Shown: piece after piece, positions 31,619 to 32,000 of the stretch | Position numbering within the stretch: position 1 is the first letter of the stretch | How the letters are laid out: every line of letters begins with the position of its first letter | Made by a program: the position numbers and the translations under genes | NCBI GenBank assembly: GCA_963704755.1 | Contig: OY969938.1 | Coordinates: 4,710,001 to 4,742,000, forward strand | Origin: an uncultured Chloroflexia bacterium | GTDB taxonomy: Bacteria > Chloroflexota > Anaerolineae > Anaerolineales > Anaerolineaceae | Reading direction: 5' to 3' | DNA: 32,000 bases | The notes under the pieces: model-generated | The model's database searches: none | The model's input: only the letters and a program-made list of their open reading frames with translations | Told to the model about the DNA's origin: nothing

Positions 31619-32000
31619 ATGTCTGACATCTATAATGTCCCAGAAACGGCCATCCTGGCGCTCACTACTTCTGAACGAGAGCGGCTGCAAGATTATTGGA
31701 CCGTTTATGTGGCTCACCGGAAGGAAATTGACCAGGAAATCCTGCGCCAGGTGGTCGCTTTTCCTGAATTTAAAACGATTATCTTGAACCGCGACCAGTC
31801 ACAAAGCCAGGCTGCTGCCGGTTCGAATGGTCAGGATCTGCAAGAACGTGCGTTGATTTACAATGAGTGGGCGCCTTACCTGGAAAACCTTGAAAGACAG
31901 GGAAGTGATTATGCCCGTAAAGGATTGAGCTTCCAGGCCTGGTTCAAAATCGTTGGGGTTTTCCGGAAAACGATCACACCTTACCTGGTCGATGCGTTCA
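31619..32000 (+). CDS. Open-ended ORF (127 codons, continues beyond the window); possibly the N-terminal sensor domain of a signalling protein
   Basis: I translated it by hand from ATG 31619 and found no stop to the window end, which is why it is absent from the ORF track. The segment YARKGLSFQAWFKIVGVFRKTITPYL loosely resembles RsbR-N/globin-coupled-sensor folds. The function is tentative. Confidence 0.45.
   Translation, partial: MSDIYNVPETAILALTTSERERLQDYWTVYVAHRKEIDQEILRQVVAFPEFKTIILNRDQSQSQAAAGSNGQDLQERALIYNEWAPYLENLERQGSDYARKGLSFQAWFKIVGVFRKTITPYLVDAF

Overview
The window is a bacterial chromosomal segment of about 53% GC. The gene content looks anaerobic, and the dispersed short repeats remind me of Chloroflexota/Anaerolineae genomes, but that assignment is low confidence. 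No searches were run: every call rests on motifs read from the supplied translations and on inspecting the nucleotides by eye.

Layout:
- 1-8199: a DmsABC-type molybdoenzyme operon (catalytic subunit cut by the window edge, FeS subunit, DmsC-type anchor). It is followed by a TorD-type chaperone, a NapF-like polyferredoxin, a radical SAM enzyme, an FmdE-family protein and MobA.
- 8581-13646: a diverged second copy (dmsA2-B2-C2 plus a TorD-like gene). Its polyferredoxin gene is a decayed stub fused to the last codons of mobA. A 74-bp direct repeat (93% identical) marks the ends of both copies.
- 14150-18706: a DHA2-type MFS transporter, a Fur/PerR-like regulator divergent from a peroxiredoxin with Fur-type boxes, and a DUF1361-like membrane protein. 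These are separated by unusually long perfect hairpins.
- 19091-25110: the most interesting block, a tightly coupled seven-gene operon. In order it encodes TusA, a cysteine-less MvhD-like protein, two HdrA-like flavoproteins (QmoA/QmoB-like), a small winged-helix-like ORF, a QmoC-like protein (HdrC-type FeS domain fused to a six-helix cytochrome b-type domain) and a DsrE-like protein. No aprAB is present in the window.
- 25180-28880: two repeat-rich non-coding tracts form an inverted pair of about 210-230 bp. They bracket a LysR regulator with a frameshift in its HTH and a methyl-accepting chemotaxis protein.
- 28882-32000: a double-ACT plus UPF0210 gene pair, an alpha/beta-hydrolase remnant, and an open-ended sensor-like ORF.
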